A stretch of 64,000 bases of DNA from Callorhinchus milii (GCF_018977255.1 NW_024704742.1:10542001-10606000), one strand, 5' to 3'. Positions 1 through 12,390 are shown, counted from the stretch's first letter. Numbers and translations are program-made. Notes: generated by a model not told the origin, from the sequence alone.

Positions 1-1135
1 CATGGAGGGCCTTGAAGGCGACAATGAGGATTTTGAACTGTATCCTCTGGGAGGTGGGAAGCCAGTGGAGCCGGGCAAGGTTGGGGGTGATAGAGTCACG
101 AAGCCTGGTGTGGGAAAGAACACAAGCTTCTGAGTTCTGGATGATCTGCAGCTTATGGATGGAAGAGATGGGAAGGCCGACAATCAGGGAGTTTGATTAG
201 TCGATCTGGATGTGATAAATGCATGGTTGAGGGTTTCAGCGACCTGCGATGTGAGGCAGTAGCAGAGCCGGGCGATGTTGGGGAGGTGGGGGAAGGCAGA
301 ACTGATTATGGCATTGATGGTACGGCCTTGTAGAGTTCTGTAGCTCAGTGGTTAGAGCACTCATTTTGCAAGCGAGACACCTGGGATCAATTCCAGGCAG
401 GGCGAAACCTTGGGCAAGTTTCCTTACTCCACACACCTAATAATAATCCCTCCAGAAAATAAAAAAATAATAAATTGGTCATTTTCAATCCACAACTGTT
501 TGTGGGACACTCTGTGCGCAATTGGCTACTGGATTTCGCCCACAAATATACAGTCAATTCACTTTACAGCATATTCTATGAAGTGCTTTGAGACATCGAG
601 AAGATGTGAAAAGCGCTATATCAAATGCAAGGATTATTATTATTAATATTATTATTATTATAATAGAAAGCACTGTTGAGGGTGAAACAAGATACCAAGG
701 TTCTGGACTGGCTTAGAGAGGTGGAGTGTGCATCCTTGGATGATGATGCTGCCAGCGACTGAGGTGTGGAGGTGCTGACGGAAGCCAATCAGGAGAGCCT
801 TGGTCTTGTAGACGTTCAACTGTAAAAAGTTAGCTCTCATCAGGATTTGTTGTCTGACAAACATTATGTCAAGAGTTAAGGGTCGAGGCAGAGAGGTACA
901 GTTGGGTATCATCATATGTGGAAGTTGACCCCATGTCTACGGATGTTGTCACCAGAGGTAGCATATAGATTTGAGGATAGGAGTGATCATAGCTGTTTTT
1001 AAGGGGGTGGGAATGGTGCCAGTGGACAGGGAGAAGTTGATGAGGTCTGTGAGTAGAGGGGCAAGGATGTGGAGCTGGAAGGTAAGGAGAGGGTTAGGAA
1101 TGGGGTTGAGGGAGCAGATAGTGGGTTTCATATGT
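1..1135 (-). mobile_element. Degenerate L2 LINE RT fragment, interrupted by a SINE at 331-662
   Basis: Minus frames give MKPTICSLNPIP..LINFSLSTG..PLKTAMITP and RANFLQLNVYKTKALLIG, matching the L2 ORF at 9571-11243. Confidence 0.85.
331..662 (+). mobile_element. tRNA-derived SINE family A, short subfamily
   Basis: A box TAGCTCAGTGG, B-box-like GGATCAATTCC, L2-type tail, (ATT)n end. Confidence 0.9.
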
Positions 1136-1859
1136 ATGATGTGTTCATATGTTTCAAAATGTGCAATCATGCAACATTTTGGAAAATTCTGAATTTAGTT
1201 TTCACTTATAAGCTGATTTTCTGCAGGACTTTTTAAATTTCACCCCCACAATCACAAGATCACAAGGGAGGTTTGGATGTAGAAGGCTCCTTAACCTTCC
1301 AAAAATCAATTGTCTTCCCAATACAAGCAATTGTAATGCATTGTGACAGAAGTGTGTGTTTGTGTATTTAATATAGCACCTTATCACAGCGTTGAGATGG
1401 CTCAAAGCGCTTCGAAGAATGTATTGTAAAGTGAATTGACTGTGTACTTTGTGAGCGATTATACATGAAAGTACCTGGTGGAGTCAGCCTGAGACTGAGT
1501 AGAGGAAGATTGAACGGAGCTGAATCTATCTGTTTGCTGCTTGAAGATCTCCTCCAGTTCCTGACCATTAGGTATTTTATTGACCATGTATTACATATTT
1601 TATTCTTTATTTAATGCACCTTTTGAGAATTGTCAGGATTTAAATGAGTGATCTTGCCTGATGCACTGCTCGCTATGCGATGGGGAGCTGTGGGGTTCAA
1701 TGCCAGATGCCTAGGTCCTTGTTCCTCTTGAGGAAAGGCGGAGGGGCAGGAGCTAAGTAGGATTTCCTTAGAGCTGATTTGCTCAAAGGCAATTTTTTTG
1801 GCAATAGAACATCAGAATTAAGTCAATCCTATATGGTAAACTTGGTAGTCTGCTTCCTG

Positions 1860-2180
1860 AACCAGGGCAGAATGTTGGGAAAGTTTCCTTACTCCACACA
1901 CACACCTCTGTTTACATAGCAGTAAGTAGGAACCCAATTGTTAGTCAATTGGCGGATGGATCACTTTTCCAGGGGTAATAATTCCTTCGAAAAAAAATAA
2001 TAATGTGCTCACTCAATCCATAACTGTTTGTGGGACACTACTGTATGTAATTGGTTGCCGGGTTTCTCCCACAAAATATACAGTTAATTTACTTTACAGA
2101 ATATCCTGTGAAGCTCTTTGAGATGTCTCGAAGACGTGATATGGCACTGTATCAAATGCAAGGATTATTATTTATTATAT
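1860..2180 (+). mobile_element. SINE family A, long subfamily, 5'-truncated
   Basis: GTTTCCTTACTCCACAC..CTCTGTTTAC.TAGCAGTAAGTAGGAACC core and tail. Confidence 0.85.
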
Positions 2181-2204
2181 GAACTAGGTAGATCTATAAT
2201 ACTT

Positions 2205-2555
2205 GAGGAGTCCCCGTAGCATAGTGGTTAGAGCGCTCGCCTCGCAAACAAGAGGAACCAGGTTTGTTTCCCAGGTGGGGTGAAGCTTTACGCAAGTTTC
2301 CTTACTCCACACGCCTCTGTTTACCTAGGAGTAAGTAGGAACCTGGTTGTTAGTTGATTGGCGGATCACTTTCTGGAGTAATAATCCCCCCATGACTGTT
2401 TGTGGGACATTGTTGTGCACAATTGGCTGTCGTGTTTCTCCCACAAAATACACAGTCAATTCATTTTACAATATATTTTGTGAAGCATTTTAAGATGTTT
2501 CATCAATGTGATAAAGCGGTATATTAAATGCAAGGATTATTAGCATTATTATTAC
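2205..2555 (+). mobile_element. SINE family A, long subfamily
   Basis: tRNA head, core, tail ATGCAAGGATTATTA. Confidence 0.85.
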
Positions 2556-2827
2556 TCCAAGGCACTGCTGATGACAGCTCAGCCAACCTTGCTCATCAGC
2601 AGGAATTGGTAGGGCAGATCTGTCACTGGGGGCAGAGAATATTTTCATTCAGTTCCCATTAACCCCGTAAGCCAAAGCCCTACTGAGTAGTGTGGGTAGT
2701 CTGAGCTGGTCAAGTAGTGGGAAACTTGCCAGGCAGTGTGCTATCACTCCTGAGTTTCAGAAACTAGAATAAAAAATGGTATGAAGCTCGAATAACTTGG
2801 CAATGGTGGCAATTTTATTGGTTACTG

Positions 2828-3270
2828 GTCAGTGGCTCAGAGGGTAGCACTCTCACCTCTGAATCAGAAGGTTGTCAGTTCAAGCCCAAAGTCAGTACTT
2901 GAAACTTATATAGTCTAGGGCTAGGCTGACACTCTAGCATTGCATGTTGGTGATGCCATCCTTTGGATGAGATGTTACACCGAGGTTCCATCTGCCTGTT
3001 CAGGTGGACGTTAAAAACCCAAGGCACTATTCAAAATGAGAAGGGAGTTTCTCCTGATGCCCTGGCCATTAAAATTGATGATTCACAACATGGCTGTTTG
3101 TGAGAAACTGCTGTATGCAAAACTGGCTGCCGTGTTTTCCCGCAAAAACACAGTCACTCTACATTACAGAATTTGCTATGAAGTGCTTTGGGACGTTCTC
3201 CTGGCATAAGATGCACTAAGGCATCATACCCAATGTAAGGATTACTGTTATTACCATTTTTTATTATTAT
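2828..3270 (+). mobile_element. SINE family B (DeuSINE, SacSINE1/AmnSINE1-like)
   Basis: tRNA head (CTCTCACCTCTGAATCAGAAGGTTG) plus Deu-like GGATGAGATGTTA.ACCGAGG..CTGTTCAGGTGGACGTTAAAA domain and L2 tail. Confidence 0.8.
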
Positions 3271-4559
3271 GCACCTCAGTCATATTGTGATAGTGTAATA
3301 AAGGCAAAAGACACTGGAGTAAGGATCTATCCAGGCCTGGTCTTTGGAATTACATTTTTTGGGCTTTGATTGGTTTGGTTTAAATTGAATTGATTCAGTG
3401 TTGCTTATCCTTATTTTAAATGTCACTTAAATGTTAATGTGTATTATGCTTGCTATGGTTTATCAACAGTAAATATCAGCAGTGGAGGCACTAATCGTAA
3501 ATAACAAGAAGCATCTTCTTCCTGGAGAAGGTTGCTCATACCTCAGCACAACAGCGTCCCTCAGTGCTTGGAAATTATCAAACGCAAAACATGGAGCCAG
3601 CTTTGTTGTGCATGTGTATGATGTGCCCTTTCCATAATACATTTTGTTGGCTGTTCAATGCTGACTAACTCAAATAAAATTTGCTGAAGAAACTTGATTG
3701 GATCCCTCCTTCAATACCTCCTTCTCTTGTGAGTCAAATCATTGATTGTTGCTGACACTTGGCTGTCTTGTTCCTCTGTATCCACTATGTAACTGTGTTT
3801 TCTACCTTTATTATTCATTAGGTGCTGCCATGGATTTCTGTTTGTGTGCCGTTCTAATATTCTCACTTATTTGGGCCTCTGAATTTACCTACACATTTCT
3901 TATTAGCATAACTTGTATGACCTCTTCTGCTTTTAATTTTAAATGCTCTTCTATCATTTTCCTTCTACCTCAATCCCAAGGCTCCGTTTCCCCCTTGGAC
4001 CCTGAATACTGTAGTCTCTTCATGCTCTGCTTCCTTCCCCTCAGATAGTCTATTCCTCTTCACTATTTTTTAGATTCTTGCTGCTCAGTTCAGTAGCCTC
4101 GCATGTTTCCTCTTTGTATTCTCTGTGACAGTTTGTCTTCCCTCGCAATGTTTTAACTGAGAAAGCAATATTGATTTCCAGCCTCAGCGAGAGCCCTTTC
4201 ACCCACCTCTGAGTAGGTTGATCACAGCAGAGGTGGTTCTTAGAATACATTGAAATGATTATTTAGTATCTGATCTGACTCAAACTGTCAAGGTTTGGGT
4301 TGCTACTGAAAAAGAGTCTGTTTTTTTTTAAAGAGGTTGCATTATTTTGGGTATCCATTATTTTAAATCCCCTTTTCTCCCCCCTGTAGAGCTGTGTTCA
4401 TGAAGCTTTGTGCAAGGATTGCTGGGTACAAACCCTGGATGATCAAGCGCCTTGGGACGACCTACTGACCTACTGACCTACTGACAATAAAAATTAAATA
4501 TAAAATATCAATGTAAATCTGTATTGTACGTTGCTAAGGTACAGCCTGGCACACAATTT

Positions 4560-4950
4560 CACCTCCAGGTAGTAAAGTTATGGCCAAGATCCACACTTTG
4601 AGACTTGAGGTCGAGATCTAGGCTGTCAGTCAAATACAGTGCGAGATAAACAATGTATTTTCAGAAGAGTCATCTTTTGGGTAGAATGTTAAAACGAGGT
4701 CTCATTTGCCTATTCAAGATCCCATGGGACGATTCAAAAAACAAAGGGAGTTTGACGTCCTGGTCAACAGTCCTCCAGATGAATTGATCATTCACCTAAT
4801 GACTGTTTGTGGGATTTTGCTATGCGCAAAGTGGCTGTTCTATTTGCCTATAAATATCCATTCATTACACTTGAGGGCAATTACTTGTGAAGTACTTGAG
4901 ACTTTCAACATTATGGTCACTATATTAAATACAAGATTTATTTATTTATA
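4560..4950 (+). mobile_element. SINE family B, old copy
   Basis: TGTTAAAACGAGGTC..AAGATCCCATGG Deu-like domain, diverged tail. Confidence 0.65.
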
Positions 4951-5489
4951 TAATAAAGGAATAGATATGCCTAATAACTGAGATTGATTTGGGACTGGGA
5001 GTTTTCTCCAGAAGGGGAAGAATAAAAAAAAAATTCTGCCCCTATTTATTGTGTCCAATTTGCATGGGAGGCATCTTAATACTGAACTTCACTATAGAGT
5101 ATTAGTGTATGATGATTAAAATGAAGGATATTTGAACCAATCTGTGAATTAAATATAAGTATAGAAAATATACAGGTTGTTGAATCAGTTCAACTCAAAA
5201 GGAAAATACAATGTAATCTAACACTTTCATTTCCAGTGAAAAATGTTCAAATAAAATATCTTCATGTCTTTATGGAGGAAGTTGAGGTCAGAAGCAGTGC
5301 ATTATTTTGTCATAATAACGTCACACAGAAGTCATGTAATGATATTGTTCTATGTGTTTACTCCATGGTATATTTGAAAACAAACCCAAGGCCTGCAGGA
5401 CACATTACTGAGGAAGGTACTGCTTTAAGATATATAGGAATGCTCAAGAAGTAGCACTCTTGCATGTTGGTTATAATAATGTTAGTTAT

Positions 5490-6426
5490 AATAATAATCC
5501 TTGCCTTAGATATAACGCCTTATCACGTCTTTGAGCTTCACAGAGTATACTGTCAAGTGAATTGACTGCATATTTTGTGGGTGAATCGTGGCAGCCAATT
5601 GTGCACAGTAGTACCCCATATGATTGATTGAGTCACAATATTATTTTTATTTATTTTGAATGAATTATTACCCCCAGCAAAGCAATCTGCCAATCGACTA
5701 ACAAGCCTTGAAGGGGGTGCAGCGTAGATTTACTAGGTTAGTACCAGGGATGAAGGGGACGAGTTACGAGGATAGGCTGACCAATTTGGGCCTATATTCT
5801 CTAGAATATAGAAGAATTAGAGGGGATCTTATAGAAACCTATAAGATCATTAAAGGGCATGATAGAGTAGATAGTGGGAGATTGTTTCCCCTGGTTGGAG
5901 AAACTAAAACCAGGGGTCACAACCTTAAAATCAGAGGCCAGCCCTTTCACACTGAGAAAGAACTTCTTCACTCAAAGGGTGGTGAATGTATGGAACTCAC
6001 TACCCCAAAGGGCTGTGGATGCTCAGACCTTGAACATATTCAAGACTGAGATAGATATATTTCTTATTGCAAAAGGGATTAAGGGATATGGGGATAAGGC
6101 GGGGTCAGGTTATTAGCTGGAGTTAGATTAGAAGATCAGCCATGATTGAATGGAGGGGCAGGCTCGAAGGGCCGAATGGCCTACTCCTGCTCATACGTGT
6201 TATGTTATGTTATGTTATGTTATGTTATGTTATGTTATGTTATGTTATGTTATGTTATGTTATGTTATGTTATGTTATGTTATGTTAAGTGGGTTCTTAC
6301 TTACTGCTAGGTGAACAGAGGTGTATGGAGTAAGGAAACATGCCGAACGTTTCGCCCTGCCGGAAATCGAACCCAGGTCTCTCGCTTGTGAGGCAAGTGC
6401 TTTAACCACTGAGCTACAGGACTCCA
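5490..6426 (-). mobile_element. SINE family A (long), split by a CR1 insertion at 5706-6287
   Basis: Tail half 5490-5705 and head half 6288-6426 join into the family consensus. Confidence 0.85.
5706..6287 (+). mobile_element. CR1-clade LINE 3' end (shark HER1-like) with (TGTTA)n tail
   Basis: VQRRFTRLVPGMKG..LGLYSLEYRRIRGDLIETYKI..TRGH and FFTQRVVNVWNSLP; tail GAAGGGCCGAATGGCCTACTCCTGCTC; microsatellite ~6198-6286. Confidence 0.92.
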
Positions 6427-6439
6427 GAAGGGTGACGGT

Positions 6440-6760
6440 TCAAGCTCCACATTGGGGCTAGTGCAGATCTCGTGCAGTGCTTGGGGAGTGCTGCATTGGT
6501 TGACAGGCTGTTCTTGGGTTGAGCCTGATCAGGTGAGCAGTAAAGATTCCTTGGCACTCTTTGAAAAGAGAATGGAATTTCTTCTGGTGTCTTGACCAAT
6601 AATTCCCCAAATATATTGACTTCCTTGGCGTTTTGTGGAATGTTGCTGTGGGCAAATTTTAACCTGGAAGCAAAAGGGCAAGCACTGAATAGGTTATTCT
6701 TATAATAATAAAAATTCTTGCAATTGATATAATGCCTTATGATGTCTTTGAGATGTCTCA
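6440..6760 (+). mobile_element. SINE family B, degenerate
   Basis: GTTCAAG B-box-like motif, GGGAGTGCTGCATT, CAGGTG..GTAAAGATTCC.TGGCACT. Confidence 0.6.
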
Positions 6761-7203
6761 AAGCCCTTCACTTATTGGTAAATTTCTACTTTATGTGGAT
6801 ACTGTGAAGTGTTGGCAAATTTCATTAAACACAGAGAATAATAATCTTTGTGACTTCCAGGATTGCTTGAATACCGTTGGGTATACAACAATAACAACTT
6901 GGATTTATATAGCACCTTTCACAAAAGATAAATATCTTGAAACACTTCATAGAGACAATAGGGAGCGCCAAGCAGTAAGGAAAGGAAAGAGAATTCAAGG
7001 GTTTTGCTGCTCAAACGGGGAAATGTTTTAAGAGTTTTGATGGCTTTGAGAGAAGTTGCAAGCAGAAGGGATTTGCGGAGAGATTTTAACATCACACTAA
7101 ATAGTAGCTTCATTTATACTCTACTGCATTATGAAATAGGAGAGGCTTTCAATCTGAGCAGTTGCAAGATGTAACATACAATGATGTTACTGTGGAGGAC
7201 TGT

Positions 7204-7525
7204 GGAGTCCTGTAGCTCAGTGGTTAGAGCACTCGCTTTGCAAGTGAGAGACCTGAGTTCAATTCCAGGCAGAGGGCGAAACCTTGGGCAGGTTTCCTTA
7301 CTCCACACAGAGCCTAATAATAATCCCTCCAAAACCAAAAACAATAATAAATTGGTCATTTTCAATCCACGACTGTTTGTGGGACATTGCTGTGCGCAAT
7401 TGGCTGCCGCGTTCGCCCACAAATATACAGTCAATTCACTTTACAGTGCGTTCTGTGAAGCGCTTTGGGTCGTCCTCCCGACGTGAAAAGCGCTATATCA
7501 AATGCAAGGATTATTATTATTATTA
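7204..7525 (+). mobile_element. SINE family A, short subfamily, young copy
   Basis: Near-identical to 59490-59828; tRNA-Ala-like head (CTTTGCAAG loop), B box GTTCAATTCC. Confidence 0.95.
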
Positions 7526-7751
7526 GGATGGGTGATTTACATGCAAATTACTTGTGATCATCCTTTGACTTCTATTCATGTGTGAGGGTATTGGCATTTT
7601 AGAAACCAAAAGTATGGTAAGAGCTAGACTGCTGGCACCAAGTACCAAAATGGAACTGGTTCATTCATTACACCCAATGACCTTTCTCTGTTACATTTTT
7701 TATGCTGTTATTGGTTTTAGCCATTTATATATCCGTAACATCGCCCGACTC

Positions 7752-10700
7752 AGTCGGGGAGCGGCGGCAGGACAGCGCGGGGAGGAGCCTGGGCCTACTG
7801 ACCCAGGTACTTAAACTCGACGCCGGAGCGAGTTCAGCTAGGGAGGGGAGGGGTGGGGGCGGAGCGGAGGAACTGCTGACGGCATAGATTAGTTTTCAGG
7901 TGCGTGCGCGCGCAAAAAAAAAAAAAAAAAACCCTCTGCGCCCCCCTCCCCCCCCCCCCAGGGCTCACATCAGAGCCCACTATGGTCCTGTTGGGTTCGC
8001 TGCCCCAATCTACGGGATAATGCCATCCACCTGACCGCTCGCTCCCGGTCCCCGCGTGCGCACTATGGCTGCCGCTTTGACCCGAGCCCCCTCCCCCCCT
8101 CCCTCCCCCCTCCTCTCTCCCCCCAAACCCTCCCCCCTCTGCATCTCTCCCGCTCTCTCCTCCTCTCTCTCCGTCCCTCTCGTCTTCTATCCCCACTTGA
8201 CCCTCCCACAACCTCCCTCTGTTCCAGCCTGGGAATCCTCCGCCGGGCTCACCGTGGCACTCGGCGTTGGCTGTCCAGCAGCAGCCACACCGACTGCCCC
8301 ATTCCCCACCACACTCGCCAGCCACCCCGGACACAGACCCGGGGAGTCAACCTCTCCTCCCTCATCCCCATTCCCCCACCCCTGCCTCACAACCTGGACC
8401 CCCCCCCCCTCCCACACACCCTTCTGTCAACCGCTCCCTCCACATCGGACTGCAAAATGTCCGCTCCCTCTGCAACAAGGCCCTGGTCATCAACGATCTC
8501 ATCCTTGATGAGAACGTTGATATCATGGCCTTAACAGAAACCTGGCTCACCCCAGGCGACACCTTCCCCCTCACGGAGGCCACACCACCCGGCTACACCT
8601 CCCACCACATCCCCCGCCCCAACCGCCGTGGCGGTGGTGTTGCCCTTATCTCAAGGACACCACTTGCCCTATCCCCTACTCCACTGGCTCTTTCCCCTCC
8701 TTTGAGCACCTCACCCTCTCCCACCCCTCATTCCTCTCCCTTAAAATCCTCCTCCTCTACCGGCCCCCTAAAACCTCTCCCACCTTCATCTCTGACATTT
8801 CAACACTCCTCACATCTCTTTGCCTCTGCTCTGATCGCCTCATCATCCTGGGCGACTTTAACCTACACTTCACCCCCTCCTGCTCCATCTCCACAGACTT
8901 CTCTTCCCTGCTCTCCTCACTCAACCTCTCCTTACACATAAACTCCCCCACTCACAGTCACGGCCACCCACTCGATTTGGTGATCACCCGGGGCCTCAGT
9001 GTCTCGGATGTCACTATTACCGACAAGGCCATCTCTGACCACTACTTCATCTCCTTCACCACCTCCACCCCCTCCCCACCTCCACCAGACCCACCACCAT
9101 CTTCTACCGCCCTTGGAAGAAGTTACCCCCACAATCCCTAACCGATGCCTTGGAGTCCTCTGAACTCCTCTCCCTCTGGCCTTCAACCCTCACCGACCCC
9201 TCTTCTCCTCTCTCCCTCCTCCACAATACCCTCTCCTCCACACTCGATACTCTTGCCCCCATCACTTCCCGCACTGTCTCCTACTCCCGCTCCTCCCCCT
9301 GGTACACCACCCACCTCCGCTCACTGAAAAGCCAGGTGCGGGCTGCTGAACGCACCTGTCACATCTGGCCTAACGGTCCACCGACAAATCTGGCTGGACC
9401 TCCTCAAAATTTACCGCTCCACTCTAGCCTCGGCCAAGTCGTCCTTCTACTCCAGGATAATCCTGGAGGCGAAGAACAACCCCAGGCTACTGTTTTCCAC
9501 CACAACCCGACTCCTCCGTCCCCCCCGCCACCCCGCGCAGGTCATCTCCTCCAACCTTCACTGCGAGGAGATGCTGGATTTCCTTGAATCCAAGATCAAG
9601 GGAATCCGCTCCGCGGTCACTTCCCCTCCAACTTCCACCAACCCCCCACCCCTTCCCTCCCACACTCCGACTCCTACCCATCCTCCCCTACACACCTTCG
9701 TACCCGTTTCCCCACCCTCTGTCACTGAACTCATCCTATCCCTAAAACCAACCACCTGCTCCCTTGACCCCATCCCCACTCCACTCCTTATCTCCCAGCT
9801 CCACTTTCTTGCCCCACATATCACTGACATCATCAACCTGTCCCTCTCCTCTGGCTCTGTCCCCATTCCATTAAAAACTGCCATCATCACGCCCACCCTG
9901 AAAAAACCCTCCCTTGATGCGTCGCAGCTATCAAGCTACCGGCCCATCTCCAACCTCCCCTTTCTCTCCAAGGTCTTGGAAAGAGTTGTCGCCTCCCAAC
10001 TGCGCTCTTTCCTTTCCACCCATTCTCTTTTCGAACCCCTTCAGTCAGGTTTCCGTGCTGCCCATAGCACAGAAACTGCCCTGGTCAAGGTCACCAATGA
10101 TATCCTGACCATCTGTGACCAGGGCTCCCTCTGTCTCCTCGTCCTCCTCGACCTATCGGCAGCATTCGATACGGTCGACCACGCTATCCTACTCCACCGC
10201 TTGTCCTCCCACCTCAACCTTCAAGGCACTGTCCTTGAATGGTTTAGGTCGTACCTTTCTCACCGTCTTCACTTTGTCTCAACGAATGGCTTCTCCTCCA
10301 CCCCCCGTACTGTCTCATGTGGTGTCCCTCAGGGCTCTGTCCTCGGTCCCCTCCTCTTCACCCTCTATATGCTCCCCCTTGGTGACATCATCCGCAGACA
10401 TGGAGTTAACTTCCACATGTATGCGGATGACACCCAACTCTACCTTTCCTCCTCTACTCTCAACTCCACGACCACCGATGTCCTGACAGCTGCCTGTCCG
10501 ACATCGAGTCCTGGACGAGAGACAACTTTCTTCAGCTCAACGTGCGAAAAACCGAGGCCCTCCTGATTGGCTCACGTCAGCGCCTCCGCACCTCAGGCGC
10601 TGACACCATCAGCATCCAAGGCTGCACTCTCCACCTCTCAAAGCCAGTCAGGAACCTCGGCGTTTTGTTCGACCCTGAGCTGTCCTTTCTCCCTCACATC

Positions 10701-11386
10701 CGCACCACAACTGGCACCGCCTTCCATCACCTCCGGAACATCGCCAGACTACGGCACTACCTCACCCCTCACGCTGCTGAAACCCTGGTTCACGCCTTTG
10801 TCACCTCAAGGCTGGACTATGGGAACTCTCTCCTCGCCGGCCTTCCCGCCACCTCCCTCCACAAGCTGCAGGTCATTCAGAACTCTGCAGCTCGTGTACT
10901 GTCCCGCACCAGGCTTCGGGACCACATCACTCCCACCCTCGCTCGCCTCCACTGGCTCCCCATCCCCCAGAGGATTGATTTCAAGATCCTCATCCTCACC
11001 TACAAGGCCATTCACGGCCTTGCTCCCTCCTACCTCTCCAACCTACTATCCCCCTACCTACCTGCCCGTACCCTCCGTTCCTCTGGCTCCGGTCTGCTCC
11101 ACGTCCCCCGCCCCAACCGCCCTACCATCGGTGGTCGGGCCTTCAGCCTCTCAGCCCCGAGGCTCTGGAACTCCATCCCCCAGTGCCTTCGCCGCTTCCT
11201 CCCTTTCCTCCTTCAAGGCCGGTCTCAAAACCTTTCTCTTTGACCGAGCCTTCAGCTCCCCTCTCGACTCTCTTCCCCCTCCTCGCTCCCTCCCTTCCCT
11301 CCCCTCACCCTGACCATTTCCCCCCTCCTCGCTCCCTCCCCTCCCCTCACCCTGACCATTTCCCCCCTGCTCGGGTCGTTGTTGTT
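7752..11386 (+). mobile_element. Apparently full-length single-ORF L2 LINE (~3.6 kb) with GACTC TSD
   Basis: GACTC at 7747-7751 and 11387-11391; flanks rejoin into an older L2 (CGTAACATCGCCCGACTC|CGCCACTACCTC); GC-rich 5' end; (GTT)n end. Confidence 0.9.
8065..11313 (+). pseudogene. Frameshifted L2 ORF2: APE endonuclease plus reverse transcriptase (start position uncertain)
   Basis: APE motifs IGLQNVRSL, MALTETWL, RRGGGVA, GDFN, ISDH; RT motifs [34 protein letters not shown]; several frameshifts. Confidence 0.92.
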
Positions 11387-12028
11387 GACTCCGCCACTAC
11401 CTCAACCCTCAGGCCGCTGAAACTCTTTTTCATGCCTTCAACCCCTCCAGGCTCGACTATGTAAACATCCTGTTTGTCGGTCTTCCCAACTCCTCCCTCC
11501 ACAGGCTGCAGATAATCCAGAACTCTGCAGCCTGTGTCCTCAACCGTACCAAACTCCGTGACCCCACTCTCAACCGACTCCGTTGGCTCCCTATCCTTCA
11601 GAAGATCCAGTTCAAGATCCTGATCCTCACCTACAAAGCCCTCCATGGCCTCGGCCCACCCTACCTCTGTGACCTCCTAATCCCCTACCAACCCGCCCGC
11701 TCCCTCCACTCAGCCGGCTCTGGCCTGCTTCATGTCCCCTGATCCACCCGCCCCACCATTGGCGGGAGAGCCTTCAACCACTCTGCCCCCAACCTCTGGA
11801 ATTCCATCCCCCAATCACTCCACCTCGCCCCGTCCTTAGCCTCCTTCAAGTCCTGCCTCAAGACCCTCCTCTTCGACAATGCATCGGCCATCCCCCTTCC
11901 CCTCCCCTCCCTTCCCCCCACCCCTCGCCGACTCCAGCTTGGGTCTGAAATGCTGTACTCTGTCCAGTGCCTTGGGTCATCCTCCCGACGTGAAAGGCAC
12001 TATACAAATGTAATCTTGTTGTTGTTTT
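11387..12028 (+). mobile_element. Older L2 3' fragment, host of the full-length copy (5' stub at ~7722-7751)
   Basis: RT C-terminus homology, stem-loop tail, (GTT)n. Confidence 0.88.
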
Positions 12029-12357
12029 TGTTAGCTGTAAGGACAGCTGTAAAAAGCTAGGAGAAATAACGGTTCAACAAAAGACTATGTGATTGTGAAA
12101 AAATAGGAAGAGACAGGGTTTTATGCCATGTGGTGTGATTGAATGGAGGGAGCTTTAAAATGTCGAAACAGGGTGTCAGTTTGGAAATGACCAAGTGGGT
12201 GGCAAAGCTGAAATCATCATTACATTGTGGGGAAAGAGAGAGAGATGTCAGACAGCTGCAGGAGGTATCAGAGAGGAGAGTGTGCATTTATTTGAGTTTT
12301 GTTGCATCTATCATTGGTTCTGACGTTTTGCACAGTTGTTTATTCTTCTGCTGACAG

Positions 12358-12390
12358 GAGGTTGGAGAATCACAGAGCTAACTATCTAGC
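12358..12390 (+). other. Candidate 33-nt micro-exon (RLENHRANYLA)
   Basis: Pyrimidine tract + CAG acceptor, GTAAGG donor, one open frame; no homology recognised. Confidence 0.2.

Noticed and set aside
1475..1560. Minus-strand exon ELEEIFKQQTDRFSS..
   Set aside because: Poor acceptor and donor, no recognised homology
7204..7275. tRNA-Ala gene
   Set aside because: No proper acceptor stem; always followed by SINE body and tail in many copies
7284..7526. Recurrent small ORFs ending [10 protein letters not shown]
   Set aside because: Translations of the SINE tail
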